Assembly: GCF_036971445.1 (NCBI RefSeq)
Contig: NC_091469.1
Coordinates: forward strand, 218,798,001-218,862,000
DNA from: Narcine bancroftii
Taxonomy: Eukaryota
Direction: 5' to 3'
DNA: 64,000 nt
Shown: positions 61,850-64,000 of the stretch, piece by piece
Layout: every line of letters begins with the position of its first letter
Position numbering within the stretch: position 1 is the stretch's first letter
Made by a program: the position numbers and the translations under genes
The notes under the pieces: model-generated
Told to the model about the DNA's origin: nothing
Databases searched by the model: none
Seen by the model: the letters and a program-made list of their open reading frames with translations, nothing else

Positions 61850-62830
61850 CCCACCCAGTGGAACCTAGCAGGTTAGACAGCATCCATTGGTCAGATAATA
61901 GTTCAAGTTGAAACCCTTTATCAAGAATCAGATAAGAAGATGGTATTGCATATGTAAGAATTGAAAGAAGGTGGTAGAGGGATCCAAAGGTGATAGGGCA
62001 GAAGGTGGAAGGGGTGTGTGGTGATTGGGAGTTGGTGGGAAATGGAATGTCCCACCTCAGGTTAGATGCACCAAATGGATGTGTCCCACAAGGTCGTGAG
62101 CTGATAATAAAATATAAGTAATACAAAAAACATCTAAGTTTCTTTTACACATGGTGGGAGAGGAAAGAACTATTGGGAGGGTGGAAAAGTTAGAGATAAA
62201 AAAAAACTAAGTACAAGAGCAGGTAAAGATGAGACCAGAATTCACTGGAATGGGATGGGGTGAGGGTTACATAGAATTAGAAAAAAATCATGTTAGTTAA
62301 TCATTATAGTTAAGACCTGCTTGTTCCTCAAGTTTATGATTAGCCTCACTCTAACGGTGGATAAGGCCGAGAATAAACATGCCACCGTAGGAATGGTTGG
62401 GGGAGTTGAAATTATTGGCTACTGGAAGCTCAGGTTTATGCCCACAAACAGAGGCTAGATGTTCGATTGAAATGGTTACCAATCTGCATTTGGTCTCAAT
62501 AATGTTTAGGAGGCCACACTGAGCACACTTTTGGAAGTACATTCACTTGGATGATGTGCATGTAAAGCTTTGCCTCACTGAGCAGGTCTGTTTGTGGCTC
62601 TGGTTGGAGGTGAGGGAGGAGATGTAGGGACAAAGGGTTGCACTTTCTGTGATAGCAGTAGCAAGTGCCGAAAGGGGAAGGAAGGGTAGGATGGAGTGGG
62701 GGGGGAGGGGGGAAGGAAGATTGGGCTCATGAGTCTCAGAGAGATTTATCCCTGCTGAAGGTGGATAAGGGTGGGGAGAGAAGAAAGTTGCAGATGCTGA
62801 AATCTTGACCTGCTGAGTTTCTCCAGCATG
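61850..62830 (-). mobile_element. Penelope-like element relic with a GIY-YIG endonuclease remnant
   Basis: Minus strand ...FTCTSS..Y..KCAQCGLLNIIETKCRL....EHL...ELPVANNFN...H (62351-62600), a PLE-type GIY-YIG; terminal motifs at both ends. Confidence 0.75.
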
Positions 62831-62944
62831 TCAAACCTTTGGCATTTCTCTGTAAACCTACTTTTTTTAATGATGAACCAGGTAAGTTTGTGATTTAAAG
62901 TTATTTTTTTTAAACATTCCAATAAATTTGAGAAGTACTGTTAA

Positions 62945-63150
62945 TGCAGCAGTTCAGTGAAAAACTATTACACAGTGTCAGTGACCTGGTTCAAATCCAC
63001 TGCCGTCTGTGAGGAATATGTATGTTCTCCCCCTAACCACATGGGTTTCCTCCCAGTACTCCAGTTTCCTTTCATGTTCTAAAGACGTTCAGGGTGAGTG
63101 CATTCATTGGTCACATGTGTGCATTTGGGTGGTGTGGTCCCATGGGACTT
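62945..63150 (+). mobile_element. V-SINE, degraded
   Basis: GGTTCAAATCC and GGGTTTCCTCC...CTAAAGACGT. Confidence 0.6.
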
Positions 63151-63704
63151 TTTTTTTACAAATGATGTATCAATACAACTTTGTGTAGTTACATTATATT
63201 CAATGGGAAGTTTTTCTTCCACCCCCATAGACTGTATACTATGCCAAGATTGTCCCCGGACCCACTCCTCCCCACTTCCCTCGATCAGGACAACTCTCGC
63301 TCCATTTTCGCAAATACATCTTTTTCATTTTTTCTCTGCATTACATGATGCGCAAAAATGTTTTGTAAATCCTGGTTCTTATTCAAAACAGACAAAGCCC
63401 AGTAAATAATGTGAAAGCTTCAGAGGGAATCCAACTCATCATTTTGTACAGCCTTACTTAAATACCAGCTGCAACTGAGAATACTGAGCAGCTCACAGGA
63501 AAATATATGACATCCGCGCTGCAAAAAAAAAGGACAAAGGCAGCAAAATCCATAAAATCATTTTGCATTCACAACAAATATGCCCATATTTTGTGACAGA
63601 AAAATTTAATGTCATGGTTACTTTTGATGGAAAATCCAAGAATATTAAATTTCAATGTACAGTATGGGAACAAGTACTTCCAGACCATGAACTCATGCCC
63701 CTTA

Positions 63705-63850
63705 AGTACATCTACAACCCCATATGGTTTGAAGGGTTGGTGGAAACCAGAACACTCGGGGGAAACCCATGCAGACGTGGGGAGAATGTCCTTACAGACA
63801 GCATGAGATGCGAAACTGCGTGGCTCTAACTTCTGCTTTATCCATGCCAC
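63705..63850 (-). mobile_element. V-SINE fragment
   Basis: GGAAACCCATGCAGAC..GGGAGAATG..CCTTACAGACAGC. Confidence 0.6.
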
Positions 63851-64000
63851 CCAACAGATGGCTCATTGACTGCTTGGAGAATCTGAAAGATTCTCATTAA
63901 AAACATGCAATGGACAAACCAGACAATTTTTTATAAATTGTGGTTGTTGTGGTGCTGTCGATCAAGACATTCTGTGATGTGGGCTGCCTGGCACCTACAA

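Overview
This is repeat-dense, non-genic vertebrate DNA, most likely from a cartilaginous fish (ray/skate/shark). That assignment is inferred from the CR1/HER1-like LINEs, HE1-like V-SINEs and Penelope relics. No host protein-coding gene is recognisable, and every interpretable ORF comes from a transposon. Contents: (1) six young RTE-clade LINE copies in two subfamilies, one with an uninterrupted ~680-codon RT frame; (2) several CR1, L2 and Rex1/Babar fragments; (3) four decayed Gypsy elements, one nested in another's LTR, plus five solo LTRs with TSDs; (4) hAT, Tigger and Harbinger-like MITEs; (5) Penelope-derived palindromes with hammerhead-like cores; (6) a 35-bp minisatellite; (7) purine-rich tracts with two assembly gaps; (8) a few TE-free stretches with enhancer-like motifs. 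The most striking observation concerns the three Gypsy elements that keep a 5' LTR. Their LTRs differ in sequence and none has a tRNA primer-binding site. Instead, 1 nt after the LTR each carries a 12-14 nt sequence complementary to its own LTR poly(A) signal region. This covarying pairing suggests self-priming and/or masking of the 5' poly(A) signal, in elements whose RT reads YLDN rather than YxDD. Boundaries of old repeats are approximate, and family names come from manual recognition, not database searches.
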